This document shows, in pieces, positions 35,954-45,680 of a stretch of DNA of 64,000 bases. Position 1 is the stretch's first letter, and every line of letters begins with the position of its first letter. Below the pieces are notes generated by a model. It was not told the origin of the DNA and did not search any database. It worked only from the letters and a program-made list of their open reading frames with translations. This DNA comes from Chlamydiales bacterium. Lineage in GTDB: Bacteria > Chlamydiota > Chlamydiia > Chlamydiales > SM23-39. Made by a program: the position numbers and the translations under genes. The DNA is taken from the NCBI GenBank assembly GCA_030681135.1, contig JAUXXF010000010.1:31539-95538 (forward strand), written 5' to 3'.

Positions 35954-37156
35954 TCAATTTGCAAAAGAACTCACATCAGTTAAAGGTAGCAGGACCGATA
36001 ATAGCACAAAACCAACGACGGCTCCTAGAAATAATAACAGCACAGGCTGGGCGATCGCTGAGACATAAGCAAACGTTTTTTCCAGATCTTCTTCATAGAT
36101 TTCTGCAATCTGTTTCATCATAAAGGCAAGCCTGCCTCCCTCTTCTGCAATCCCCAACATCCTCGGGACAAGAGGAGGAATAAAAGGATGATGCTGAAAC
36201 GCCAAATACAGCTTTTCTCCCTGCTTCATATTTTCTTCAGCCTGCTTAATCACCTCTTCTAAGACTGGATGATGCATCACAGCCCTCGCTTGCGATAAAG
36301 CAGCTATTATAGGCACCCCTCCTTCTAATAAGGCTCCGCAAGAGCGGGAAAAGCGGACGAAGGCAATTTTGATAAATAACCCTTTCAAAAGAGGCAACCG
36401 AAGAACCAAAGCTGTTAGCTGAGAGCGCCAAGGACGATAAAAAATCGCTAAACAGACCGCTCCTATGAAAGCCAAGACCGCTGTTAATAAAAACAGCTTG
36501 GCTTGACAGGCCCATCTACTGACAGAAAAAACAATGACGGTTAAAGGATGAAGCTCTCTTCCTTCAAAGAGCTCTGCCATGGAAGGGACGACAAAAAATA
36601 AAAGAGCAGCTAACACAAAAAGACAAAAAGTCCCCAAAAGAGAGGGGTAAAGAAGGGCCGAAATCGTTTGCTTGCGCACTTGAAGCTCTTTCCCGATCCA
36701 AAGAGCGATCTGTTCTAAAGACTCTTTCAGGCGACCTGTTTTTTCTGCATTTGCAACCATGGATACATAAAGAAGATCAAACGTCCTCCCATGGCGGCTT
36801 AAACTTTCAGATAAAGGCTTTCCACTACGCACCTGATCACAAAGATCCAAAAGAAGAGGATGAGCTTTTTGTCCTTTATATTTTTCTTCTAAGGCAGTAA
36901 GCACCTCAAAAAGAGGCAGTCCCGCTTGGAGAAGCCGAGCCATCTCTCGCGTTAAATTCATCACCTCTTGCCTGGAAAGGACAAGGCCTAGCTGCTCACT
37001 GGCCAAAGGGGTGACTTGAATCACTAACACTTCACGGCGCTGTAATTTCACTTTGGCATCTTGTAAATTATCCGCATCAACGGTGCCCATAAATTTTTTT
37101 CCGGAAGGCTGCAGAGCGACATAACGAAACAAAGCCATGCTATCCTCTTTCCTCAT
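35954..37156 (-). CDS. gspF: type II secretion inner-membrane platform protein GspF
   Basis: Two T2SS-F repeats and three TM segments, about 400 aa. An alternative ATG at 37138 (MALFRYV) is possible. Confidence 0.93.
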   Translation of the reverse strand: MRKEDSMALFRYVALQPSGKKFMGTVDADNLQDAKVKLQRREVLVIQVTPLASEQLGLVLSRQEVMNLTREMARLLQAGLPLFEVLTALEEKYKGQKAHPLLLDLCDQVRSGKPLSESLSRHGRTFDLLYVSMVANAEKTGRLKESLEQIALWIGKELQVRKQTISALLYPSLLGTFCLFVLAALLFFVVPSMAELFEGRELHPLTVIVFSVSRWACQAKLFLLTAVLAFIGAVCLAIFYRPWRSQLTALVLRLPLLKGLFIKIAFVRFSRSCGALLEGGVPIIAALSQARAVMHHPVLEEVIKQAEENMKQGEKLYLAFQHHPFIPPLVPRMLGIAEEGGRLAFMMKQIAEIYEEDLEKTFAYVSAIAQPVLLLFLGAVVGFVLLSVLLPLTDVSSFAN

Positions 37157-38732
37157 TGAAGCAAGTCACTCGAAGCACCTCAGCGCTCGTCGTCAAACCA
37201 GAGGCCGCCAACGCCGCCCCCCGTTGAAATAAGGTCACCATCCCCTCTTTGATGGCAATATGGCGCAGTTCTTGAGCATCTTGGCTTTTGAGCGTTTGTG
37301 ATTTAATCTTTGAAGTTAAAACCATCAGCTCATAAATGCCATGCCGCCCTTTATATCCCGTGCCAAAACATACATCACAGCCAGCTCCTTTATACAGACG
37401 CCCGCCCGCAAGTTCGTCTTTTTTCAACCCGAGTTCTCCGAGCTCATCTTGAGAAGGGACGTAAGGAACTTTGCATCCAGGACAAATACGCCTGACAAGC
37501 CTTTGCGCCAAGACAGCCAAAATAGAAGAGGCGAGCAAATAAGATTCTATCCCCATATCTGCCAAACGGGTCAACGCAGAAGGGGCATCATTCGTATGCA
37601 GCGTACTTAATACAAGATGGCCAGTAAGCGAAGATTGAATGGCAATCTCGGCCGTTTCTTTATCTCGGATCTCTCCAATCATGATCACATCGGGATCTTG
37701 TCTGAGAATATGTCTCAGGCCTTTTGCAAAATCCAGCTCGATCCTGGCGTTGACATTCATTTGCGAAATGCCCGGCAATTTATATTCTACCGGATCTTCA
37801 ATCGTCATAATATTCATATCGAGCGCATTAATCTCTGAAAGAGCGCTATAAAGGGTCGTTGTTTTCCCACTGCCGGTAGGACCGGTCACCAAAATAATCC
37901 CCTCCGGAAGATGAATAGACTTTCGAAGTTTTTTGAGCAGCTGATCATCCATTCCAATTCGATCAAGACCTAAAAGGACATTGCCCTTATCCAAAATCCT
38001 CAGGACAATCCTTTCTCCATAAATAATCGGCAGAGTACTGACACGAAAATCGATCTCTCTTCCTCCGTGGCGAAGCTTCATGCGGCCATCTTGAGGCAAT
38101 CTATGCTCGGCAATATCCATCTTCGACATCACCTTGATACGCGTAAGCACTTGATTTTGATATTCTCGAGGAGGAGTATGCCGCTTTTGAAGAACCCCGT
38201 CGATCCGATAGCGCACGGATAGCCCCTCTTCTGTAGGCTCAAAATGAATATCAGACGCCCCTTGCTGAATGGCTTCAAGAATAATGGCATTGACCATTCG
38301 AATCACAGGATTATGACCCGACTGCTCTAAAAGATCATAGCCTTCTAATGCATCTTCTTTTTGCCCTTCACTTTCTCCTTTATCCAAATCGCTAAAAAGC
38401 TGACGCGTCTCTTCCTCTTTTTGATGATAGCAACGCTCGATGGCCAATTCGAGCACAGATTGAGGACAATAGACGGGATGAATGGTTTTTTTTAAAAAGA
38501 GACGCAGCTCATCTAAAGATTCTAAGTCTAAGGGATCGGAAATAGCTACGGTTACGCGATCCGCCGATTCTTCTACAGGAAGAACCTTTTTTTGTTTGGC
38601 AAACAGATAGGGAATTAAAGATATCTGGTCTCTGACTAGAGAAAAATGATCTAACTCTTCTTGAACAGGAATCCCAAAACGTTCTGCTTGCTCTCGTTTA
38701 TTATTGGAAGCTTCCATATCAATACATATCAA
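37140..38732 (-). CDS. gspE: type II secretion ATPase GspE
   Basis: Walker A motif GPTGSGKTT, MIGEIRD, and the tetracysteine CPGC...CDVC. Confidence 0.96.
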   Translation of the reverse strand: MICIDMEASNNKREQAERFGIPVQEELDHFSLVRDQISLIPYLFAKQKKVLPVEESADRVTVAISDPLDLESLDELRLFLKKTIHPVYCPQSVLELAIERCYHQKEEETRQLFSDLDKGESEGQKEDALEGYDLLEQSGHNPVIRMVNAIILEAIQQGASDIHFEPTEEGLSVRYRIDGVLQKRHTPPREYQNQVLTRIKVMSKMDIAEHRLPQDGRMKLRHGGREIDFRVSTLPIIYGERIVLRILDKGNVLLGLDRIGMDDQLLKKLRKSIHLPEGIILVTGPTGSGKTTTLYSALSEINALDMNIMTIEDPVEYKLPGISQMNVNARIELDFAKGLRHILRQDPDVIMIGEIRDKETAEIAIQSSLTGHLVLSTLHTNDAPSALTRLADMGIESYLLASSILAVLAQRLVRRICPGCKVPYVPSQDELGELGLKKDELAGGRLYKGAGCDVCFGTGYKGRHGIYELMVLTSKIKSQTLKSQDAQELRHIAIKEGMVTLFQRGAALAASGLTTSAEVLRVTCFNEERG

Positions 38733-41076
38733 AAAGCGTTTTCAAACTATTGCTAAAGAGCCTTTTCCTTTCCTTGGCTTTTGCAGCATCGAGTCTCTCT
38801 AAAAACTCTGGAATATCGCCTGCGCGCTTCATGTATTCACACTGGCGAATCCTTCGCAAATCTTCTACAGGATCTTGCACAATATGAGGCGTTAAGAAAA
38901 TAAACATCTCTGTATTAATTTCATTTTGCCTCGTCAATCCAAACAGTTTTCCAATCCCTGGCAAATCTCCCAAAAAGGGGATTTTTTCTCGAATATCCTC
39001 TTCTGTTTTTCTCCTTAATCCTCCTAAAATGACAGTCTCCCCATCGGCAATTCTCACCTCATTTTCTATATGTCGGCGAGTCACTGGAGGTCTGTCATTT
39101 GCTGTCATAAGAGTCGTATCAAAGGTGATATTAGACTTCAAAGACACAAACCCTGGATGGGCTACATCTTCCTGCTCTTCTAGGTCCGCGGATTGAACCG
39201 TCGGAGTTAGGGTAATGGTCGTTCCGTACTGCGCACGCGTATAGGCCTGCTCAACCGTCACGCCGCCGGCGGTATTTAATTGGATAGCTCCGTTATTAAT
39301 CGAAATTTCCTCAAGGATTGAGATCGTTGCCTCTGTCTGATTAATCGCCAAGATAGAGGGGTTGGCGTTAATCCGAATGTCCTCTTGAGCTAATAAAAAA
39401 TTAAACATCAAATCAACAGCAGGAAAAGCTCCGCTTTCGTTTCGGCTGAATAAATAGCTCAAAACGCCTCGATTGGAAGAAAAAAACCTATTGCCCTCCA
39501 CATTCCCCTCAAGGGCCTTCCCAATAGGAAGATTTACGGCCGACTCCGTATTAAAGTTGACAGAATTTTGGTTTTTGCCGCTCGCGTTGGCCCCTATTTG
39601 CAATAAATTAAAGCCAACCTGACGCCGATCTTGTAATTTTTTCTCCACTAACATCACATCGATCTGCACCATTTTCTTTGGCACATCGAGCTTTTTCAAC
39701 AAACTTTTGATCTTCGTGAGCTCTTCTCTTCGAACAACCATCAAAATCGAGGTCGTTTTTGAGTCGACAACAAAATTTCCAAAATTTGACTTAGGTTTCT
39801 TCTCAATAATTCCTGGTTGAACAAACGGAGGATTTACAGGAAGTACCGGATTGAAGGCTGTACTTTTATCTGGAAACACCTGTCCAATGCTCGGTTCAGG
39901 GGGAGGGGCAGGAGGAGGAGGAACTACAGCCGGGGGAGGAAATTCTTGCTTTCTTTCCAAACTGACGCCAATTAAAGAATCATAAACCCTCTCCAGCACA
40001 TCAGCGATGTCTTCGGGATCAGAATGTTTACAAGTATACCAATAGATCACCTTTTCAGCCGGATCTTCGAGTTGAGACTCTAATTCCTGTAAAATTCTTT
40101 GTCCCCGTTCTACAACATCCGTCTCTCCCACCAAAACTAGTCCCTGAGGCAGCGTCAACGTGACCAAATCATCTGAAGTCGAAGGATAAAAATTAGGCCT
40201 CGACTTATTTGCACTGTCGGCAAAGGTCGCCTTTAAGACTTTTTCTGCTTCCTGAGATTCTATTTTCGTTAAAGGGACAAGACGAACAATTTTCCCCTGT
40301 TTTTTTTCCCAGACAGCGGCATAAAGCCCTAGCAATTTATCAACCGTCTCCTTTGTAGAAACGATAGCCACTTTCGAGCCAACCGCTTGGATCAAGGTCT
40401 GCTTGGGATCTGAAAATCTCTCAAAAAAGGCCTGGACAGATTTAATCTGCTCTGGTGGAGGAGAAAATACATAAAAAATCCTCGCATGGTTTGCAAATAA
40501 ACTCAAATCATCCGACCGGCTCACAATCCCTTCGATAGCAGAAGGATCGAGCTTCAAAATGTAAAGCTGCTTTACAAAGGTATTTAATTTTTTTACGCCA
40601 ATGCCGTTTTGAGACAAAATCATCTCAATCATTTCATTCCAAGATTCTTTAGGCAAAGGGACATTAGAAAAGAGAGAGAGCTTCATAGCGCTCAGCTCTT
40701 GCGGTATGATGTAGAGGTAATCGCTGGCTCCATATTCCATAATCAGTTGGGCCAAAGTCGTTTCGCCCACATCCCAAAGAGCATAAGAATCTTCTAGCCC
40801 TGAAGACTGTTCGACTGAAGCTTTGTGCCATTTTTCTTCCAAAGAGCGCATCTCTTCTTTAATTTTCACAGCTTGTACAAGCAATGATCGATAAGCTGGC
40901 TCATCAACCTCTCCCTCGGAGGAAAGCTCCCTTGCGTATTCAAACGTCTCTTTGAGTTGAGTTTTTAGCTCATTGATCCGACCATTAAACAAAGAAGCCC
41001 CCTCAAGATCTGCCTGAAAAGAACCTTCTGAGAAAACAGCTGTAGCTATTAAAGAGGCCGCAAATATCCATTTCAT
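38719..41076 (-). CDS. gspD: type II secretion secretin GspD
   Basis: Signal peptide, N-domains, a Pro-rich insert, and the secretin C-domain (ETVILGGL...IPFLGDLPGIGKLF). Confidence 0.93.
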   Translation of the reverse strand: MKWIFAASLIATAVFSEGSFQADLEGASLFNGRINELKTQLKETFEYARELSSEGEVDEPAYRSLLVQAVKIKEEMRSLEEKWHKASVEQSSGLEDSYALWDVGETTLAQLIMEYGASDYLYIIPQELSAMKLSLFSNVPLPKESWNEMIEMILSQNGIGVKKLNTFVKQLYILKLDPSAIEGIVSRSDDLSLFANHARIFYVFSPPPEQIKSVQAFFERFSDPKQTLIQAVGSKVAIVSTKETVDKLLGLYAAVWEKKQGKIVRLVPLTKIESQEAEKVLKATFADSANKSRPNFYPSTSDDLVTLTLPQGLVLVGETDVVERGQRILQELESQLEDPAEKVIYWYTCKHSDPEDIADVLERVYDSLIGVSLERKQEFPPPAVVPPPPAPPPEPSIGQVFPDKSTAFNPVLPVNPPFVQPGIIEKKPKSNFGNFVVDSKTTSILMVVRREELTKIKSLLKKLDVPKKMVQIDVMLVEKKLQDRRQVGFNLLQIGANASGKNQNSVNFNTESAVNLPIGKALEGNVEGNRFFSSNRGVLSYLFSRNESGAFPAVDLMFNFLLAQEDIRINANPSILAINQTEATISILEEISINNGAIQLNTAGGVTVEQAYTRAQYGTTITLTPTVQSADLEEQEDVAHPGFVSLKSNITFDTTLMTANDRPPVTRRHIENEVRIADGETVILGGLRRKTEEDIREKIPFLGDLPGIGKLFGLTRQNEINTEMFIFLTPHIVQDPVEDLRRIRQCEYMKRAGDIPEFLERLDAAKAKERKRLFSNSLKTLFDMY

Positions 41077-42299
41077 GAGGACTTTCCTTTAGAGGGACCC
41101 TTAGCTTCTGCTATGCTTTGCAATTTTGAAGAAACAGATTTACGGCCACTTACAGGCAGATCGATCACCATCTCATCAGTTCTTGCAGAGTTATAAAAAT
41201 GGCCTAAAATAGACTTTTGCCCCTGCTTGTTAAAAATCTGATCCAAGACAAAGATTTCTCCTGTTAACTTGCCTTTAAAGACGGCCTCTTTTTCTTCAGC
41301 TTTTCGCAAGATCTTCCAACGGTTTCCTACTTTTAAGGCCCAGTCATTGACTTTTAAAATCAGGCATTGCTTATCCAATATACAACTGATCTGCTTGTCC
41401 GAACGAACACGGATCGATCCAAAGAGATCTTCCGCCTTTCCTTTAAAAGCGTTTGGAGCCGCAAGGGGCAAAGAGAGCCTTACGTGAAGGTCCCCTTCCC
41501 ATCCCTCAAGCTCAAGCCTTCCAGAGTTAATTCCTTTGATGCGCGCTATGCAAGGAGAGCTTGCCTTACTCAGATCATCTACTATCTGCCAATGACCTTC
41601 TTCAAAAACAAGCCACTGATTTTCTTGAGGCTCAATCAATGCTGTTTCTACTAAAGAACCTACATCTATCCGATGGAGAACCTTTCCAGATAAAGCCGCA
41701 CGAGCGAGCAAATCCTGACCCCACCATCTAGCTTCGGCAAGAATACGAAAAGGGGAACCTTCTTGAAATTCTTGTGCTGTCTGAACAGGGCTTTCTTGCA
41801 AAGCCACAGAAAACGGGGGGCCCTCTTGCTGATCAACAAAGACAGCGGCCTGCAACCCTCCTTGAACCTGATTCAGCTCCAGCCAAAAAGAAGAAGGCTC
41901 TCTCGAAAAGGTCAAGGCTCCATTTCGATAAGCAAGATCGATTCGACAAGGGACAATAAACCTTTGTGACCCACCTTGCTGCTTTAACCGAACGGATACT
42001 TGTACAAATTGATTCAACCCTTCGGGACGAGGGGGATCTAAAGAAAACGAAATCTCTTGTCTAATATCAGGAATAGGACACGTCCATTTCTCTAACGGCT
42101 TGCAAGACAGGGTAATATCTAACAAAGCAGGCTGCTTATTGATCCCCTTCATTCGTTTGATTTCAGTCAGTCCGACTACCTCATCTGCTTGAAACACAAC
42201 CATAAAAGTCATTAAACATCCCGATATAGCGCCCAATAGGGCCAAACCGTACCAGAGGATTTTCTCTGGACAATAAGCGAAAAATTTCCCAGTCAACAT
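41073..42299 (-). CDS. membrane-anchored protein upstream of gspD (GspC-like by position)
   Basis: A single N-terminal TM helix. It overlaps gspD by 4 nt. I recognise no motif, so the role is assigned by position only. Confidence 0.5.
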   Translation of the reverse strand: MLTGKFFAYCPEKILWYGLALLGAISGCLMTFMVVFQADEVVGLTEIKRMKGINKQPALLDITLSCKPLEKWTCPIPDIRQEISFSLDPPRPEGLNQFVQVSVRLKQQGGSQRFIVPCRIDLAYRNGALTFSREPSSFWLELNQVQGGLQAAVFVDQQEGPPFSVALQESPVQTAQEFQEGSPFRILAEARWWGQDLLARAALSGKVLHRIDVGSLVETALIEPQENQWLVFEEGHWQIVDDLSKASSPCIARIKGINSGRLELEGWEGDLHVRLSLPLAAPNAFKGKAEDLFGSIRVRSDKQISCILDKQCLILKVNDWALKVGNRWKILRKAEEKEAVFKGKLTGEIFVLDQIFNKQGQKSILGHFYNSARTDEMVIDLPVSGRKSVSSKLQSIAEAKGPSKGKSS

Positions 42300-42525
42300 C
42301 TCTAAAAACTATTATCACGTGAAACTCAGTAGCTTACGCGATGGGAAGAAAAAAAACAAAGAATAAATGCTAAATTCTGATCCTTATCAATATAGAAAGA
42401 TTGCTCCCAGAGCAGACTCAATTTGCAAATAAAATAAATAAAGTTTAAAAATAAAAAAGATGAATAACATTACAGTTTTTGAGCATATATCGATCTTTTG
42501 GTATATGTAATGTGGGAGTTTGCTT

Positions 42526-42975
42526 ATGAGAAAAAATAAATTTAGTGAAAAACTCAAAGAAGGAATATCTGTTCAAGAGCTGGAAGATTTTGCTCGCAAA
42601 TATTCTTCGGAGGTTTTTTCAGTTATCGCGCTCGTGATTGCAGCCATTTCTAGCATCTTCGATTTTTTTACAGGTCCCGGCTGGGCGATTCTTTTTATGA
42701 CAATAGGAGCTGTGTTGGGCATTTTCTTTCCCACGCCTGTAGATAAAGGGTTAAAGCAGCTCTATGAGTTTGTGTTTAAACAGGAAAAATCTACGCAGCT
42801 TATCCTCGGAGGCGTAAAAATTGTCATCGCCATATTTATCCCCTTTGTTCTTTTTGCGATCACAGGACTTTTAGCTGGAACCTCTTACCATTACTACACG
42901 AGAAGAGGCCAAACGGCCATGCACACAAAGCCTCACGAGCCCTTTCACGATAAAGGGGGAGAAGAGCACGATTAG
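42526..42975 (+). CDS. small membrane protein with paired hydrophobic lobes
   Basis: VFSVIALVIAAISSIFDFFTGPGWAILFMTIGAVLGIFF is a bilobed hydrophobic segment, and there is a second hydrophobic block. The ATG is at 42526 (the track start at 42520 is a TTG). Confidence 0.6.
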   Translation: MRKNKFSEKLKEGISVQELEDFARKYSSEVFSVIALVIAAISSIFDFFTGPGWAILFMTIGAVLGIFFPTPVDKGLKQLYEFVFKQEKSTQLILGGVKIVIAIFIPFVLFAITGLLAGTSYHYYTRRGQTAMHTKPHEPFHDKGGEEHD

Positions 42976-43022
42976 AGACTGTCCTAAAATCGATGAAGCC
43001 TAGGTTTTAGGGCAGCTTCTTA
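42974..43022. repeat. mini-derivative of the family-1 element between two convergent stop codons
   Basis: AGAGACTGTCCTAAAATCGATGAAGCCTAGGTTTTAGGGCAGCTTCTTAG. It contains the TCGATTTT core motif on the minus strand. Confidence 0.65.
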
Positions 43023-43697
43023 GAAAGTTACTAATTGGCTTTTAATGTATCCCATGAGGTCGATGTTTTTTTTCTTATAGAAGGCAAGAATGCTCTCTGA
43101 GCTATTTGCAAGTCCATCTTGCCACTCTAAGAAATCTTCACAGTCGTTCCATGCTGCCATTTCGCCAGGCCCATTTTTAAGCTGCTTTTGCAAGACAGCA
43201 ATCCTGAGCAAATTCTGAAAGTAGAGATGAGACTCTTCTTTCCCCATTTGCTCTTTTAGGCGGATCGATTTTTCCAAAGCTTCTTGATATAACCCTTTTT
43301 CAATGAGAAGAGTGATTTCAGCAAAACAGGCATGCTCGGGAGATTCTTTTCGCAAATAATGAATGGGTTTTTCCACGTATTTTTCCGCCTGAGCAAAAGA
43401 GAGCTCTCGAATGAGCGTCTGCGCAATATAAGGCTCATAATGGGAAAGAAATTTTGCTCCTTTATGCAAGCGCTCTGAGAGTTTTTCAAAACTTTGCACA
43501 TCTGCTGGACTCTCTTGCCATTTTGCCATGAGCGTCTTTACTTCTAGATAATCTCGGTAAGAAACTCTAGAACTTAGGACAGCGATTAACACAGCCCCAA
43601 GAAGACAGAAAAAACTAATCCCCCACAAGCACTCTCTACGGAAAATCAGCATTTTAGCTAACAACTTTTCAACAAACGATGGCTTATTTTCTTCCAT
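43020..43697 (-). CDS. membrane-anchored helical (TPR-like) protein
   Basis: One TM helix (WGISFFCLLGAVLIAVL) followed by a helical-repeat region. Confidence 0.6.
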   Translation of the reverse strand: MEENKPSFVEKLLAKMLIFRRECLWGISFFCLLGAVLIAVLSSRVSYRDYLEVKTLMAKWQESPADVQSFEKLSERLHKGAKFLSHYEPYIAQTLIRELSFAQAEKYVEKPIHYLRKESPEHACFAEITLLIEKGLYQEALEKSIRLKEQMGKEESHLYFQNLLRIAVLQKQLKNGPGEMAAWNDCEDFLEWQDGLANSSESILAFYKKKNIDLMGYIKSQLVTF

Positions 43698-43760
43698 TAC
43701 AATCCTCTTCCTGGGAAAGAGCGATTATAAGAAAAAGAATTATTTCAGTACACGAGATCC

Positions 43761-45617
43761 TTATTCCAATCGCCTTTTCTTAAGCGGAGGACTTCTTGAT
43801 CCATCGAAAATTGATGAAGATTCTGATTTCTTGAGCATGACAGAATCAATCACTTGAATAGCATTCACCTGTTTTTCATCCTCAATCAAAAATTCAGCAG
43901 CTTCATAAATCGCTTCTTTTTCGTTTTCGGGAAGTTTGCCAAGTTCCTCTCTTGCAATTTCAAGCAAAGCTCTTATCAAACGCTCCCGTTTGCCAAATAC
44001 AATCTCTTCAAAAGAATATGTCCAAGAATTAGAAATATGAGATAATTTATGAAAGACTCTACGTCTCATCTCTTCTGAAAGCGCTTGATATTTTCCTCGA
44101 AGAACATCTTTGCTCTCTCCTCGATAAATCGCTTGGCAAAGCTGAGCAAAAAGCGTTGTACAAATATAACTATTACAAGCTTCGTGCTTAGGGCCAGTCA
44201 TCCACGTTATGTCCTCTCCCTCTCCATTTAGAATAGGCTCAACGGGTTCTTCATCTAAATCTTTATTAAAGAGACACAATAGCGGGTTGCCCTCGAGAGT
44301 TTTTTTCTCTAACTCAAGAGAGTAGAGAGACGAAGGTAAACTTGTCAGCTGATTGTGATGAAGGGAAAGAACCCTAAGATTGTTAAGCTTGTCAATAGAG
44401 CTTGAAATGTTAACAAGCTGATTATTATTAGCCACAAGCGAGTTCAGTGGCAAGTTGAAGATTTCTTCGGGGAATTCTTTAAGGTCATTATCTTCAACAT
44501 ACAATCTTTTCAGCTCACCAAGCTGACCCATTTCTTCTGGCAGCTCTGTCAGGTGATTACTTCCAAGATCTAGTTCTTTTAGAGAAGTAAGATTCCCAAT
44601 AGAATCAAGATCAGCCATTTCATTTTCAGATAAATCAAGAATTTTCAATCCAGAAAGTCCCGTGATAGCTGTAATATCTGTCAGTTGATTTTTGGCAAGA
44701 TTCAGTTCTCTTAAAGAAGAGAGGTCACTAAAACATTCGGGAAGAGTTGCAATCTCATTATCTTTAAGCTTCAAAATTCGTAAATTTCTGAGCTCTACAA
44801 TAGAATCGGGAAGCTCTATAAGAGTATTTTCCTTAAAAATTAATACTTCCAACTGAGAAAGGCTTATGATTGGATGAGGAAACTCTGAAAAGCAATTCCG
44901 GTTGAGAGAAAGATGTTTTAGCCGAGTCAAGCTGGAGATCCACTCAGGAAGCATTTCTAACTGATTATCATTCAAACAAAGCTCTTCTAACCCTGTAAAT
45001 AGTTTTATTTCTGGAGGAAGAATTGTTAGTCCCAAATCGGAAAGATCTATTCTCGTAATAGATTGGATCCTTTCTTGCCCTTGTGACGAATAGAAAATCG
45101 CACGAATTTGTTCAGCTGGTAAAGGGTTGATTCTATTTATTCTACTCCACACCTCTTCAAGAGCTTCATCAAAGAGCCTTTGCTCTTTTAGATAATAATG
45201 AGGGCTTAAAACGCTCAACTCTTTAGGGATCTGAGCTCCTCGGCTTCTCAGTTCAGAGGTCAAGGCAAGGAACCTTGAGAAATAGTCAGGCTCCTCATTT
45301 TCAGAAAGCTGAAGCTCTGCATGAGCTCGGAGCTGAGCATCGACCATTAAATGACGAAAACCAATAAGAGGCATCTTTTCAAACTCCGGCCCATAGATCT
45401 TGGGCAAATAATCGTCTGCTATATCCTTCCAAAGCTTTGATACAAGACGTATGCTTCTTCCCGTTGCCACCGCTTCTTTGCTCTCATGAGGATCGTTCGA
45501 TAAAAAAGATCCGACAGAATACTGCATGATTCTAAATAATGCAGGTTCTAAGCTGCTAAGCGCACCAATAAGATCAAATTTCGAAGGCTCAGAGGATTCT
45601 CTAACTGGACTTGTCAT
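43761..45617 (-). CDS. leucine-rich repeat protein with an F-box-like N-terminus and a C-terminal NLS
   Basis: About 12 LRRs of the form LxxLxxLxLxxNxLxxLPxxI. The N-terminal LSSLEPALFRIMQY...IRLVSKLWKDIADDYL resembles an F-box (..LPxEiLxxIxxxL...rlVcKrWrxLxxD). The C-terminus is SRSPPLKKRRLE. Confidence 0.8.
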   Translation of the reverse strand: MTSPVRESSEPSKFDLIGALSSLEPALFRIMQYSVGSFLSNDPHESKEAVATGRSIRLVSKLWKDIADDYLPKIYGPEFEKMPLIGFRHLMVDAQLRAHAELQLSENEEPDYFSRFLALTSELRSRGAQIPKELSVLSPHYYLKEQRLFDEALEEVWSRINRINPLPAEQIRAIFYSSQGQERIQSITRIDLSDLGLTILPPEIKLFTGLEELCLNDNQLEMLPEWISSLTRLKHLSLNRNCFSEFPHPIISLSQLEVLIFKENTLIELPDSIVELRNLRILKLKDNEIATLPECFSDLSSLRELNLAKNQLTDITAITGLSGLKILDLSENEMADLDSIGNLTSLKELDLGSNHLTELPEEMGQLGELKRLYVEDNDLKEFPEEIFNLPLNSLVANNNQLVNISSSIDKLNNLRVLSLHHNQLTSLPSSLYSLELEKKTLEGNPLLCLFNKDLDEEPVEPILNGEGEDITWMTGPKHEACNSYICTTLFAQLCQAIYRGESKDVLRGKYQALSEEMRRRVFHKLSHISNSWTYSFEEIVFGKRERLIRALLEIAREELGKLPENEKEAIYEAAEFLIEDEKQVNAIQVIDSVMLKKSESSSIFDGSRSPPLKKRRLE

Positions 45618-45680
45618 AGTTTTATGCCTTTAAAAGGTTTAATTTTTAACAGGCTAACGCAAACAGAAGATTGATTTCAA

